From: Azolla caroliniana | Taxonomy: Eukaryota; Plantae; Polypodiophyta | Assembly (NCBI GenBank): GCA_043228905.1 | Contig: JBHGNT010000017.1 | Span: forward strand, 13,082,001 to 13,146,000 | Length of the DNA stretch: 64,000 nt | Direction of reading: 5' to 3' | Shown here: positions 63,801-64,000 of the stretch, one piece after another | How the letters are laid out: the number at the start of each line of letters is the position of its first letter | Numbering within the stretch: position 1 is the first letter of the stretch | Program-made: the position numbers and the translations under genes | Notes under the pieces: generated by a model | Databases searched by the model: none | The model's input: the letters and a program-made list of their open reading frames with translations, nothing else | Told to the model about the DNA's origin: nothing

Positions 63801-64000
63801 AAGCCCAAATTGTAGTGAAGGGTTTCCAGCAGAAAAAGGGAGTAGACTTTGATGAGATCTTTGTCCCGATAGTAAAGATGACATCCATCCGGACAATATT
63901 GGGAATAGTGGCAAGCATGGACCTCGAGGTAGAGCAACTAGAAGTCAAGACAACATTCCTCCATGGTGTCCTTGAAGAAGAGATCTACATGCATCAACCG
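60649..64000 (+). mobile_element. Degenerate copia element related to group C: 5' LTR 60649-61224, PBS 61228, gag (61255)-PR-INT-RT start, running off the window
   Basis: SRGRPTCFYCGKPGHFQKNCR and LELVHTDVC shared with ORF 24595-28632; many stops and an internal integrase deletion. Confidence 0.92.

Overview
Land-plant nuclear DNA, possibly fern (inferred only from the TE types and microsatellite-rich LTRs). A central gene island holds an NPH3/RPT2-like BTB/POZ gene (+, 4 coding exons, 33395-36657) and a convergent SRP14 gene (-, 4 coding exons, 38921-44158) whose introns carry three hAT-type MITEs with 8-bp TSDs. A two-copy box C/D snoRNA cluster (SNORD46/U40/snR63 type) lies at 22244-22494. 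Both flanks are nests of retroelements: at least three Ty1/copia groups (called A, B, C here), including one young intact element (23788-29475) and one lacking RT/RNaseH (16624-20597); a LINE ORF2 fragment; and a Ty3/gypsy group whose LTRs start TGTCGTGA. The gypsy group is the most unusual system seen: tRNA-Trp primer site, 4-bp CG-centred target sites, repeated nesting in its own relatives, a tRNA-like A/B-box cassette in some LTRs, and a non-autonomous member carrying an acidic Cys-repeat ORF. All calls are by eye. Comparisons to known RNAs and proteins are from memory, and no search was run.
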